DNA of 64,000 nucleotides from Cyanophora paradoxa CCMP329 (taxonomy: Eukaryota > Plantae > Glaucophyta): positions 183,455 to 247,454 of the forward strand of contig QPMI01000078.1 of assembly GCA_004431415.1 (NCBI GenBank), read 5' to 3'. Positions 47,501 to 59,501 of this stretch are shown here, piece after piece; position 1 is the stretch's first letter, and each line of letters begins with the position of its first letter. The notes under the pieces were generated by a model, which saw only the letters and a list, made by a program, of their open reading frames with translations, had not been told where the DNA came from and searched no databases. The position numbers and the translations under genes were made by a program.

Positions 47501-50324
47501 GCGACAGGTTCGTGAAGACGACCTCGACGTGCGTGACCGCCTCCAAATTCGGGAGGGCGAGCTCAGAAGACAAGGACGGCGAGCCGAGGCCGGCGAGCGA
47601 CGGCGCGCAGTAGGCGGTGCCGCCCGTGACGGGCCGCCCCCCGTCGTCCGTGATGTGTACGGCAAAGTGGATGGTTCGCGTGCCGTCGGCGTGCGGGCCC
47701 AGGATGGCGGGCGCGACGGGGACCTCCGGGGCCGTCGTGAACGCCGCGCTGGCGGGCGGGGACGCCCCCACGGCGTTCGAGACCGTCACCGAACATGCAT
47801 AGAGCGCTACTCCCGGGCGGAGGTTGGAGATCGGCAGCGCCACACTGCTGGGCAATCCGGAGATGACGACGAAGCTGGTGACCGCCGGCACGCCGGCCGC
47901 TGTGCACGTCGCGTTGGCCAACGTGAAAGGGCTGCCGCCGCTGTCGGCGAGCGTGACGGCGAGCGACGCCGTCCGAGAACCCGCCGAGTCCACCGAGGCG
48001 CTGGGCGTCGCCGGCGCGGTCGCCGGCGTGGTCACCTGCGCGCTGGCTGACGCCGCTGACACGCCGACGCTGTTTGCCGCGGTGACTCGGCAGCTGTACG
48101 TTGTGGCGCGGTAGAGGGAGGAGAAGTACAAGACCGCAGTCGTCGCTCCCGCGGCGACGCTCGTCGAGTTGAATCCCGCCACGGCGATCCCCGACGAGGT
48201 GCTCTCCGGCATGCACGTCCCGCTCAGCTCCGTCACCGCCGCGCCTCCGTCGAACCCAAAAGCGACGAAGAGCACCGCCCCCGTGGAGGAGGTCGCCTGC
48301 TGGGCCGTGATCGTCGGCGCCTCCGGCGCGTCCACGCCCGTCGTGACGCGCACGCTCGCCGACGCCGCTGACCGCCCCGCCCCGTTCGTCGCCGTTGCCG
48401 AGCACGAGTACGTCGTGTTCGGGTGGAGCTCGTAGACGTACAGGTCAGCTGAAGCCCCGCTGACCGCCACCGACCCGTTCCTCGCGGCAGCGAGCGCCGA
48501 GGAGCCCGCGACCGGCGTGCACGTCCCCTCTGCCAGCGTGATCGCGCTCCCGCCGTCGTCGGGGAACGTCAGGGGGAGGTGGATCTGGCGGGACGTGTCC
48601 GCGTGCTGGCCGGAGATGACGGGTCGCTGCGGGACGCTCGCCAGCGTCCGGACGGCGACCGGGCCCGTCGCTGCCGACGTTCCCACGGCGTTGCTTGCGG
48701 TGGCGTTGCAGTAGTAGAGCGTATCCCGGTGCAGGCCGGAGACGGAGACGGCAACCGATGTCGAGCCGTCCGTGATTACGACGTCGACAGTTCTAGTGTC
48801 CGCGGGTGACCCCGTGGAGGAGGAGCACGCCACCGCCGCCGACGTAAGGTCCGACCCGCCGTCGTCGGCCACCGCGAGCGAGAGGCGAATCTCCGAGGGC
48901 CCGACCGCCTCGGCCAGGACGATGCTCGGAGCCGAGGGAGCGTCCGCCGTCGTGAAGACCGGATCGCCGTCCTCGCTGTACCCGCTCGTCCCGTGCGCGT
49001 TCGTGATCGTGGCGAGGCAGACGTACGCCGTGAGGCGCTCGAGCCCCGCCACGTAGACGGTGGCCGGCGCGAGGTTGTCGGCGACGGCGGCCCAGGCGTT
49101 GTACGGGCCGGGCCACGGTCCGTCGTGCGTGAACGCGCAGCTGACGTTCGCCATGAGGATCGGGCTGCCGCCGTCTGTGCCGGGGTCCGGGATGCCGTCG
49201 TCGTCGCCCGTCGCCGTCCAGCCGACGACGACACGGAGCGTGCGCGGCCCGGCGGGCGTGACCTCCGCGACAGGCAGCCCCGGCGCGGACGGGAGTGTGT
49301 AGAATTCGAGCACCGCCGAGTCGGGCGAGTCGTCGATGTCGTTCCTCGTCTGCGCCTGGCACCAGTACGGGACGCCGGGGGCAAGGCCCGTCGCGACGAC
49401 GGCCACGATCTCCGACTCGGCGTAGGGGCGCGCGGAGAGGTCGACCATCCCGCGGAAGGCCTCGCTCGTGTCGGCGGCGAGGCGGCAGCTGACTTCCAGC
49501 CTCCGGTACGCGCTCCCGCCGTCGAAGCCGAGCGTAACGTTCAGCGCCGCTGTCGACGAGCCGGCCTGCACCAGCGACACCGTCGGCGCCGCCGGCGCCT
49601 CCTCCTTCGTCCTGCCCGACGCAATGAGGTCGCCCGTGGCGCCCGTCCCGTTCCTGGCGCGCGCCCGTCAGAGGCAAGCCGAACAGGTTCGAGCGCAGCA
49701 AAACGAGATCGCGAACCCGTTGGCGCCGAAGGCCCGGCATATGTAGATCGTGCCGGGCAGCAGCGGGCCGACGACGACGCGGGCGAACGTGCCGTTGACG
49801 CTGCTCGCCGAGCTCGAGATCCACGTGGAAGAGTTGGAGAACGGGACACGGCACTCGGCGGCGGCGGACTCGACTCCGCGCCCGTCGGCGTCGTCGAAGG
49901 TCGCCTGCACGACGAGGCTCCGCGACGCGGTCGACGCGATCGACACCGACGCGGGCGCCCGCGGCACGTCCAGCGTCACGAGGCCCGCCGCCGGCGTCGC
50001 GTGGAGCACCAGCAGCAGGAGCGCGAGGGCCAGCCGCCGCACCGACGCTGCGCCGCGCCGTGAGCCCAAAGCGCTTTCTAGGGCCGGATCCCGGAGTCCC
50101 GGAAGCGCGCACCCCAGCGGGTAGACTCGCGCGTCGAGACGGCAGCCCCTCGCGATCGCCGCGCGAGCCGCTCGCCTGCACGTGTGCGCCCGGTTGAGCG
50201 CGGGCGCGGGGGCGGGGGCGCTTTGCGCCCACGCACGGTGCGGACGCGGCGGAGTCCCCCGCGCGATTCGCCGCGTGCGTAGCTTGGTGCTCCGGTACCG
50301 GTCTGCCCCTGGACCGAATCTCAT
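32508..50324 (-). CDS. Giant cell-surface protein: signal-like segment, roughly two dozen FN3 repeats, PKD/REJ-like region, multi-pass TRP-like/Pkd2-type membrane domain and long disordered tail
   Basis: Hydrophobic LALALLLLVLHATPAAG, then repeats of the form PxAPxx...DGGSxI...C...GLxPxTxYxCxAxAxNxxGxS. Also WALLSGP...PEGSYVLSYTAAN. TM exons include AVFWTLVGFALIAAF, DLAKKFAVALVLGLF, QLALLLALCS|AYLVWVAATRPY and GILALSLATTFLLVLNQ. The tail is Pro/Ser-rich with frameshifts. The start codon and some exon joins are uncertain. Confidence 0.75.
38086..38250. repeat. Intronic (AAGCTTCTT)n microsatellite clusters
   Basis: Repeated aagcttctt units, with about five in tandem at 38204-38249. Confidence 0.85.
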
Positions 50325-50432
50325 GAGCAGCGGCGCGGATCGGCGGGGGCGCTCGGCCGGCGGAGGGCTCGAGACGCACCAGACAGCCCCCCGTCTGGAG
50401 GGCGCCCGCCTTCAGATTCTCGCCTGCTCAAG

Positions 50433-51838
50433 ATGGCTTCGCGGACTCCTGGGCCGACGTGAGTGATCGCCTTCGATGTCAGAGTCGTACGGGCGAACCT
50501 GCACAACGCCCTTGGCCGGCGACGCTGCCCGTAGGCTTTCGTGGCCCGACGGCGAGGCGGCGGATCCCGCTCAAGAGCTTCGCGCCTGCGCGAGCACTGC
50601 TTCAGCGCAGGCGTTCCGCGGCACTCGGCGCGGCCGGCAGTCCGCGCGGGTGCGCACCGGCTCTGGGGCGGCCGCTGGTCGGACGCAGCGCCGCCCGCTC
50701 CGCGGGCTGCGGATCGGTACGGGCGGAGCGCGTTGCCAGGCGATCTTTATCGCGCCGCAGCCTGTGTGGAGGCCCTGCGCATGCGCCGCTGTCAGCCTAG
50801 ACACGGGAGAGAGACGGAGATCTAGAGCGGCGGGGCGCCGCACCGGAACCGCATCCACGCAGGTCCCGATCCCAGCATCGCGCGGAAGGGCCGTGAGAAT
50901 GGCTCCCGCTGCGAGCTGGCGGGTCGAGCATCGCTGCGGCTGGAGCGGCGCGTCTAGGCGCAGGTGCACAGGGGCGCCGCAGCTGTATCGCCCCGCGTCC
51001 AGCCTCGGACGATCGCCAGCCCCTCCGTTCCAGCATAGTTGTATCTGAGGACCAGCGCACATCACAAGTAGCTCGGAGGCGCGGCGATGTGCACAGATCT
51101 GAAGGTACGGCGCGGCGCTGCGCAAGCTTTAAAGCTAGAGGCGCGCGGTCGCGTCGTGGGCGCACCAGGGCAGCATCCGGGGTCGATGAAGCAGTAGACG
51201 CTGCATGCGCGCAGCCTTCTGGACTTCAAGCGCTCGTCGTGCTCGACGAGAACGCGGCCGCGGCCGCGCGCGGCCGGATTGAAGCGGGAACTTAGAGAGC
51301 GACGAGTGCCCGCGGTGTTGCGTTCTCATTCGATGTGCTGCTCCGATGAATGAGATGCATGCTGCGCCGGCGGTAAGGCTCGAGCTCGCTGGAGAGCAGC
51401 GAGCGTTGCGAATCATGAGCACCTGGCGACCAACTACAGCTGCAGATGCCGCGACGCCAGCTCTCAGATTCACTTCGCACACCTGCTGATTCCCGCGCCC
51501 AGCTGTCTCACCGCCCGGCACGATGGCTGTCTGCCGCCGCTACAGTCGGAGCTGAACTCAAAAGTTTCCAGGACGGGCACGCGGCGATCTCAGAAGAGTG
51601 TCGCTGCAACGATCCCGCCCAGGCGGCCGCGAACGGCTTCAAGGCTCTGCTGCTGGATCTCCGAGCGTTGGGCGGCCAGTTGCGAACGAAGTTGCGAGCC
51701 CGCCGGCCGTACCCGAAACGCCACACCGCCAGATCTAGATGGCGCTGGCAGCGGCGCCGGCCGCGGGCCGGCGGATACCGGCGTCCTGCGCATATGCATG
51801 CGCAGCGGCCCTGCGCATGCGGACGCGGCCTCCACTAG
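50433..51838 (+). CDS. Hypothetical multi-exon protein
   Basis: MASRTPGP-T|GTGAGT...CCGTAG|LSWPDGEAADPAQELRAC splices in frame. Later protein-like segments include VDEAVDAACAQPSGLQALVVLDE and FKALLLDLRALGGQL. The internal structure and end are unresolved. Confidence 0.35.
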
Positions 51839-51937
51839 GTGTATCAGCTTTAACTCACAATCATGATTGTGATCAGGCCAAGGTCCCGCTCAAGTCCCGC
51901 ACGCGTATGCATGCTAGCTAGCTCCAGACCTAGGATC

Positions 51938-53464
51938 TCAAAGGCGGCCGACGCGGCGGGAGAGGTTTCCGACGCGGCCGCGGGTGCGGTCCGCCTGGCC
52001 CGACATCTCGCCCGCCTGCGCCCCCTGCGCCTGCGCCCGCCCGCCCGCCCCATTCGGAGGCGCTTCGAAGGGCCGGGCGGCGCGGCCGCACCGTGAGGGC
52101 GTCGCCCATGTCCCGGCCCATCGCGACGAGGCGCCCCAGCGCGGAGTCGATCTGCCAGCCCGCCTCGATCAGAGGGCGGAAAGGGGCGGCGGCGCGGGCG
52201 GCGGCGCGGGCGGCACCTGGTCGAGCATGGCGTCCTGGTTCTGATTCTCCGTCTGCGCGCGCGCGGCTCAGGCTTAGGCTCAGGCGGCGGCGGGGGCGGG
52301 CGGGCCGGGCGCCGCGGACCTCGACGTCGACCAGGCGGGACTGGAGGGGCCCCTCGGGGATGCCGAAGTCCCGCACGACCACGTCCGCGGGCGGCGGGGC
52401 CCGCGCGCGCTGCGCGCCCAGCAGCTGCGCCCGCGGCGTTTCCGCCGCCCGCTGCGGCGCCGGCGCCGGCGACGCCCCCTGCGCGCCGCGGCTGGCAGGC
52501 CGCGCGCCCGCGGCCGCCGCCACCGCCGGCGCCACCGCCGGCGCCGGCGCCGGTGCCATGGGCGGCGGCCAGGCCGCGCTGGAGCCCGAGGGCACCACTG
52601 CCTGCGAGGCGAAGAGGGGCGGGCCGGCGCCGGGGCTGGCGCCGGCCGGGGCCGGGGCCTCCGGGCCCGCCCCGGCCCCGGGCGTCGCGGTCTGCTGGGG
52701 CGAGCGGCGAGAGAAGGCGCGCGAGAAGAACCCGCGCTTCTTGGGCGTGCCGCCGCCGCCGCCGGCGAGGCGCTCCTCCTCCTTGCGGCGCTGCGCGTCG
52801 AGCTCCGACTGCTTCACGGTGCGCACGCGCTCCGGGATGCGGCCGAAGAAGGGCATGCCGCAGCAGAGCATCGAGCGCGAGATTCGGTCGCCCATCTCCG
52901 CGTGCGCGTCCACCAGCGACAGCCCCTCGCGGATCCTCCGCATCTGGCGCGCATAAGCGAAGGAATTCGAAGGCGCCGGGACGGGAAGGCGTGCGAAGCG
53001 CAGCGCGCCTGGTCGCTCTGCTCGTCCAGAGTTGCCATGGTCGTCGCGCCGACTTCGCCTGCTTCGTTCAGCTGCCGAAGGCACCGCTGCAGAGAGCGCG
53101 TGTCGTGCCGAGCGAGGAGAACGGCATCCTGGGCGATCTCTTCCGCGGGGCGCGCGTCCTCAAGAAGCTCCGCGTCCGTGCGCAAGCGCACGGGCGGAGC
53201 AGCGGGTCCGGAGCGCAGAGGCCACAGGCGCGAGCCCGCAGAGGCCGCGGGCGGCTCGGGCTGCGCTTGCGCTTCGGCGCCCTCCAGGTTGCGCGGCGAC
53301 CCGTCAGGCTGGTAGCGCCTGACATTTGGGGCGTGAGATCGAGATATTGGGCGGGAGCGTCGGGTCGCGCGGGGAACGCGCCGGACGAACGCGTCGCTGG
53401 AGAAAGCGTAGCCTTCGTCCTCTCCCGGTTCCAGAGCGGCGTGCGAAGGGATCCGTAGGGCCAT
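51938..53464 (-). CDS. SNAP-25-family (Qbc) SNARE
   Basis: Qb motif TRSLQRCLRQLNEAGEVGATTMATLDEQSDQ|MRRIREGLSLVD, followed by a Cys pair (SMLCCG) and a linker. Qc motif IDSALGRLVAMGRDMGDALT|AQGAQAGEMSGQADRTRGRVGNLSRRVGRL*. No TM segment. Confidence 0.85.
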
Positions 53465-53625
53465 TGCAGCGCGCTGGGTGCTCTTTCCAGAGTTTGCCTC
53501 TACCCCCCCCTCGCTCGACGGTTGCAACCTCCGCCTCTGGGTCCAGCAAGGCGCTGATCACAGCAGCCTGCGTTCCTGGTGACAGAGCCGACGTGTTTGA
53601 ATAAATTGCAAAGCTCCGGCGCGGG

Positions 53626-55911
53626 ATGGCTTCGAGTACTTCGAAATCCTGCCAGTGCCTCACTGGGCAGGAGGACAACAACATCGTACGATCGATCATG
53701 AGATGCGTGCCAGCACTCTTCGCCCCGCCGCCATCCAGTGAGCCTGGCGTTACCTCTCCGAGTCCTGAGCTACTTGCTCACGCGCGCGCAGACAGCCTAC
53801 CCTCCGATATTCGACCGCCTCCAACAAAAGAAGGACGGAGCAGCAATCACGACGGCCAGGTTCGCCGAATTGCTGGCCGATTGGCTTTTGCGCTCCAGGC
53901 TCCTTAGTTCTTCGCTCCGGCAGCTGCGGAACATCAAGGCTCGGGATGCGGAAGAGACAGACGATTCGCAAAGGGACGACACGACTGCGAGCGCGGCGAC
54001 GGATCGCCAACCCTCCTCCAGCATCTCGGCAGCACCCGGCGGGGCAGCGAGCGGGGCGGGCGCGCGGAAGCTGAACGAGTCGAGGATAGAGATGCTCGGT
54101 GATCAGGCTCCGGGGACGCCGCGGGAGGACCTGAACGTCTCCCCGCCCCTGAAGGAGGTCCTCGCTGGGATCCGCGCAGGGCGCGAGACGGACGGTCCGT
54201 GCCGCGCGCCGCGCGCGCCGCGCAGCCCGCGGAAGCGATGACGCGCGGGCGCAGTCGTGGGCATGCTGGCGCGGGTGACGGAGGCAGAGATCCAAGCGGC
54301 CCTGGACTCGCACGGGAACACGCTGCTCCACAAGTGCGCCGCGCGGGGGCTCCTCGGCGCCCTCCGCTCGGTCCTCTCCCGCGGCGCGCCGGCGGACACG
54401 CGGAACAACCTGGGGCAGACCCCCCTGCACTTTGCGGGCACGCCCCCTACCCCCCCGCCCCGCCCCGCCCCGCCCCCGCGGCGCTGACGCCGACGCCGAC
54501 GCGCCACGCAGCGCGCTCGGGCCAGACGGCGATCATCGTGGCGCTGTTGGAGGCCGGAGCAGACGCCAACGCGCTCACCGCCCGCCGGTGCGCGCCCTCC
54601 CTCCCTCCCTCGCCCGCCCGCCGGCCCGGCCAGAGAGCGAGCGAGGGCCGACCGACCGCCAACCCCGGGCCACACGCAGGGCGTCGCCGCTGCATTTCGC
54701 GGCGGTGCAGGGGAACCAGGAGGCGGTGCAGGCGCTCCTGCGTGGCTCCGCGGACCCGAACATCCGGGGCCCGCTGGGGTACACGCCGCTGCACTCGGCG
54801 GCGCACGAGGGGAAGACGGAGACGGTGGCGTGCCTCATCCAGGCGGGGGCGAACAAGCACGCGCGCAGCGAGGAGCAGTGCACGCCCCTCTTCGTCGCCG
54901 CCGCCCGCGGCCACGACGCCTGCGTCCAGCTCCTCCTCCAGGTACCCCCCCTCTCTCTCCGTCCCGCGCGGCACGGGCCGGCGCACGCCGCCCGCCCCCT
55001 TCGGGCCCGCCTCACGCCGCCTCCCGCCTCACGCCGGCACCCGCAGGAGAAGGTCGACAAGGACGCGCGCGCCTCGGACGGCACCACTCCGCTTCTCGTC
55101 GCCGCCGCGTGCGCCGCCCGCCTCGCCCGCCCCGGCGCGGGGCCGACCGACCGACCGACTGGGGCGGGGCGGGGCGGGGACGCAGGAACGGACACGCGAC
55201 GGTGGTTCAGACGCTGCTGGGCGCCGGGGCGGACAGGACGCGCATGCGGCGGGACCACCACTCGCGTGCGCTGCGCCCCGCCCGGCCCCGCCCTCACCGC
55301 CCTCACCGCCCTCGCATGTCGGCGCCCTTGATCCGACGCGCCGCGCCGCCCCGCCGCAGCGCTGACGATCGCGTCGTACCGGGGCCATCTGGAGGTGATC
55401 AAGGTCCTGATGCAGGCGCCCGGCGCCACGGACAAGTGGAAGCGCTCCGAGGGCGGCGCCGCCTGCATATCCGCCGCCGACGGCGGGTCCGCCCCGCCCC
55501 GCCCCATCCCGCCCGCTCGCGCGCGCGGAATCAGATCGGATCTGAGCAGGCTGGCGGAGCCGATCCGCGTGCTTGCGTCCCTTGGCGCCAACGTGAACAC
55601 AACGGACCAGGCGAGCCGGCCGCGCCCCGCTGCGCCCCGCGGCGGCGCTGCGGACGCTGCTGACGCGGCGGGGCAGCACGGGATGACGGCGCTGCACCTC
55701 GCTGCCGAGCGGGGCGCCGTGGAGTGCGCTCAAGCGCTCGTCCAGGCACGCCCGCCCGCCCGCCCTCCGTCCCTCCCGCCCGCGCGGTTCATGACGACGT
55801 GTGCAGGCCGGGGCATCGCGGACGCTGAAGGACAAGCAGAAGCGGACGCCGGGGGACGTGGCGCGCCAGTTCGGGCGGGACAAGCTCGCCGAGCTCCTCG
55901 AGGCGCCGTGA
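53626..55911 (+). CDS. Ankyrin-repeat protein
   Basis: GNTLLHKCAARG, GQTPLHFAARSG, SPLHFAAVQGN, GYTPLHSAAHEG, CTPLFVAAARGH, GTTPLLVAA and GMTALHLAAERG; TGA at 55909-55911. The 5' exons are less certain. Confidence 0.9.
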
Positions 55912-56096
55912 GGGCGCCCCGCCCCGCGGCCCCCGCCTCCTTCTCTCCCTGCCCTCCAGTCTCTCGCCCGAATCCAGCGTTCGCCGAGTAGTCGAGGGAG
56001 CGAGCTCGGGGGAGGAGGCCGGTGAGAGACCGATGAGTCGACACTGTGTGACAGGCCAGAAGGGGAATTGGGGACGGCTTGAAGGGGCGCGACGGG

Positions 56097-56510
56097 TCAC
56101 GGGGGGAGGGGGGTACGGTACGGCAGCTCAGTGGCCTGGCGTCTATATCTCGTCCAGCTGCAGCGCAGCTCGCCGAGAGAACGTAGCAGTAGTCTAGCGT
56201 CGGGCAGATAACGCCCGCGGCGCCGGCCGCGGTACTGGCTACCTGTGCTGCAGCTGCCGCGCGCCGCGCCGACGTCGACAACGCGGCAGTTACTCCGAAG
56301 CGATCGACAGATCGGACCGGTAGGCGCGTGATAATGCTCGTAATGCTCGTGATAATGCTGACGTGACGTCCGTCTGCGCAGGTTCGCGGTCAGCCGCGCG
56401 CGGCGGCCGCGCGCGGCGCGGTGCCCGGCGCCGGCCGAGCTCCAGCGTGTCTCGAAAGGATATACACGCACCATGCCAGTGAAGGCACCGCCGTCGATGC
56501 CGGCCAGCAT
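56097..56510 (-). CDS. Possible small spliced gene divergent from the kelch gene
   Basis: ATG at 56510 (MLAGIDGGAFTGM) is followed by a canonical-looking intron (GTGCGT...GCTGAC...GCGCAG). The downstream frame is ambiguous. Confidence 0.3.
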   Translation of the reverse strand: MLAGIDGGAFTGMVRVYPFETRWSSAGAGHRAARGRRARLTANLRRRTSRQHYHEHYEHYHAPTGPICRSLRSNCRVVDVGAARGSCSTGSQYRGRRRGRYLPDARLLLRSLGELRCSWTRYRRQATELPYRTPLPP

Positions 56511-56607
56511 GCGGCGCACCGCGGAGCGGAGCGGTCTAATGCAAGCGAATTCAAATCCTGAACGCGCCAGCGGCATCGGCGGCGGCCGCGGTGGCTCCGG
56601 CGGGCCC

Positions 56608-58006
56608 ATGCTCGCATATGCATCAGTCGGTCCTGTCACTTCACCAACGGTGAGAGCCGACGACGCTTGCGCTGTGCTTAAGATTCTTCTGAAAGCGTCG
56701 ATCGCGACGTCCGACGGTCCGGCTCACGCCGCAGCCGGCCGCGGGGGTCGTCTTCGAGCCCCACGAGTTCCTGTTCGAGGGAAAAGAATGCAAGAGGGAC
56801 TTCGAGGGCGTCACGTCCACGTGGCAGGCGCGCGTCGCCTGCGCTTCTGCGGACCGGGCGTGGGCGGTGCAGTACGGCGGCCTCGGGTACACGGCGAGGG
56901 GCGTGCAGCCCTCGGACTCGCTCTTTGTCTGCGACGTCGAGGCGAACCGGTGGTCCCGCGTCCAGAGGCCGGGGGCACCCCTCGTCTGGCCCCCCGCCCT
57001 GCACTCCGCATCGCTCGTGCGCGATGAACTCGATCGATATCGTTGGAGTTATTGTATTGTATCTTGATCGCGCCATGCTGGATCCGCAGGTCTCGGCTTA
57101 TGGCTCGATTTGGCTGTTCGGCGGCGCGTTCAATATCCTGCACCCGGGCATTTCCAACCAAAAGAGGAACAACGAACTGTGGAGGTGATCATGAGTTGAT
57201 TATCCTACAGACTCCTAGCCCTTAGCTACCCACCTGTCGATATCTCTGTTAAGTTTTATACGCGCGCGCCGCAGGCTGGACATCGGCTCTTGGCACTGGT
57301 CCCGTGTGAGCGTCGAGGGGCCTGCGCCCGAGGGCCGCAGCCGGACGCTCGTTCTGTTCGACCAGACCCGCGGTCGCCTCGTCGTTTTTGGCGGCAACGG
57401 CACGTCTGCGCACCGCAGCGACCTATGGTTCTTCTCTTTCTCCGACAGGTGCTCAATCGCAAGCTTAAGCTTGCATGAGCCCTTGATGTGATTCACGGCC
57501 GTCCTTGAACTCAAAGCTCACAAGTACTACGGTACCCCGTCAGGAAATGGACTGAAGTTGAGTACTCGGCGACTGCTCCTTGGCCCTGTCCGCGCGAAGG
57601 CCCCGCCGGCTGGTGCGAGCCATGGCCTTTTAACCTTGTACCCCCACCTGTACCCCCCAGTCCTTCCTGTACCCCCTGCCGCGCCCGACCCCATAGGACC
57701 GGTACCGGTACCCCTCTAGATCGATATCTCCGTAGGCCTCGCCTAGGCCTCTTCGGTCCCCACCCAGATTAAACCTTGTCGTTCCCCACTGATATCGATC
57801 GCGTTCTCGGAGTACTAGTCTGATCGTGTGCGCGCGCAGGATGAGCCCCGATGGGCGGGCCATCGCTGTTTTCGGGGGCTCCCGGAGCAGCCCGGAGGAG
57901 CGCCACGCCCGCGGGACCTCCTCCAAGTACAGATCCGGATCCGGGATTTGGAAGCAGGCCTGCTTCCTCAGCGACACATGGCTCTTCCTCATCGACGAGG
58001 GCCGCT
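56608..58006 (+). CDS. Kelch-repeat protein, 5' part, interrupted by a transposon at 58007
   Basis: YGGLG...DSLFVCDVEANRW, IWLFGG...NELWRLDIGSWHW, PAPEGRS...LVVFGGNG...SDLWFFSFSDRKW and IAVFGG...FLSDTWLFLIDEGR, then an abrupt switch to AT-rich sequence. The start may be further upstream (56539). Confidence 0.85.
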
Positions 58007-58167
58007 CACTAAGAGAATCACCCCCAGTCCCGAAAGCTTAGAACACAAAAGAAAACCACTTTCGGAACACAATACTTGCCAACTTCCTCCTACTAAAAAG
58101 CTGGCATTTTGTAGAACAATTACACGGTTTCCACGATGCACTTTTGCTGTCCCCCGAAATGCCAGGT

Positions 58168-58272
58168 CTAGAGTTCCGGAAGAACTATCTAGAGTTCCGG
58201 AAGAACTGCCTAGAGTTCCGAAAGACTCTCTATTGTTCCGGAAAAACTATCTAGAGTTCCGGAAGTTGTTCT
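58168..58272. repeat. 21-bp subterminal tandem repeat (CTAGAGTTCCGGAAGAACTAT), ~5 copies
   Basis: Directly visible in the sequence. Confidence 0.9.
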
Positions 58273-58425
58273 ATGTATAGCAGTCCCGATCCGCTGGGCG
58301 CCCGCGCCGGCCCGTGCACCCTGCCCAGCAGCCTGGGCGGCTGGCGCCCATGAATACGGCACTCCTGCGTCACTTGAAACACTGCGCCGCGCCAGCGGTC
58401 GCACTCTAGCTAGCGCTAGCTAGCG

Positions 58426-59501
58426 CTAGCTAGCGCTAAGGGGCCTTGTGAGAAGGGAGAGGTAAGCCTCGGGCCAGAAGACCACTCTGCCTTCCAGCCC
58501 CTCGAAGGTGGTGAGCTTCGTGTTGCCGTGGGCGATGATCTCGGGGATCTGCACGCTAGATGTGAGATATCTAGAAGGAACCGAAAGGGGGCGAGAGAGC
58601 TACCTCTTTGCCCAGCACGTCCTCTTCTGGTTTACCTTCGGCCAGAACAACCAACTTGACCCAGCCACAACCCAGCAAGGACGAGAACTCCTCGCCATCG
58701 CCCAGCTGCAATATAAAGTAAGCATAGGTAGAAGAGGGGTACAGGCATCTAGATATATCTCTAGAGCGCCCCAACCCGGCCCGCGCGAGGGGGGTACGCC
58801 CTCGCCAGCGCCTTCGGACCAAGGGACCCCAGCTACCGGGGGTACCTTGCCCGAAGGCGCCGGCGAAGGCGTACCCCCACCGGGGGCCAGGAAGGGGGAG
58901 GGGAGACGGAGGCGGGCGGGGTACTAGGATCTAGAGCTAACGCCCCAACCCGGCCCGCGCGAGGGGGGTACGCCCTCACCAGCGCCTTCGGACCAAGGGA
59001 CCCCAGCTACCGGGGGTACCTTGCCCGAAGGCGCCGGCGAAAGCGTACCCCCACCGGGGGCCAGGAGGGGGGGGGGACGGAGGCGGGCGGGGTACTAGGA
59101 TCTAGAGCTAACGCCCCAACCCGGCCCGCACGAGGGGGGGTACGCCCTCACCAGCGCCTTCGGACCAAGGGACCCCAGCTACCGGGGGTACCTTGCCCGA
59201 AGGCGCCGGCGAAGGCGTACCCCCACCGGGGCCCAAGAGGGGGCGAGATGGAGGCGGGCGGGGTACTAGGATTAAAAGCTAGCGCCCAGTCGGGGCCGCG
59301 AGGGGGGGTATGGAGGTGGGATGCGGCGATCTAGAGGAGGTAAGTTTTCGCTCGTACCTTTGGCACTACAATGCCGATGCCGACGAAGAAGTACCCCTCC
59401 TCGAAGACGCCGAGGGTGACCTTGGGGACGAAGAACTGCACCTTCAGCCCGATTCTAAGGAAGGCCAGCATGCAAGCGACTTTCGCGAAGCCCACTGGTT
59501 C
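58426..59501 (-). CDS. 3' exons of a transposon gene with a TNP1/EnSpm (TnpA-associated)-like domain; upstream exons extend towards 64000
   Basis: Phase-0 exons 59501-59358, 58705-58604 and 58548-58426 splice to ...YFFVGIGIVVPK|LGDGEEFSSLLGCGWVKLVVL...KE|IPEIIAHGNTKLTTFEGLEGRVVFWPEAYL...*. This fits the VAxG..LGxxxxKVxV..TLxDAxGxxxxWP pattern I recall for that domain. Further exon-like segments lie near 59756-59850, 60100, 60740-60920 and 63900-63960. Confidence 0.6.
58761..59310. repeat. ~171-bp tandem repeat, 3 full copies plus a partial, in an intron of the transposon gene
   Basis: Units start at ~58761, 58931 and 59102, each with GCGCCTTCGGACCAAGGGACCCCAGCTACCGGGGGTACC. Confidence 0.92.

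Noticed and set aside
41343-50063. Large + strand ORFs (856, 441 and 356 aa) opposite the FN3 gene
   Set aside because: They are antisense shadows of GC3-rich coding sequence with no domain-like content.
58168-59310. Regular repeats resembling a CRISPR array
   Set aside because: The units are head-to-tail with no unique spacers, the context is eukaryotic, and there are no cas genes.
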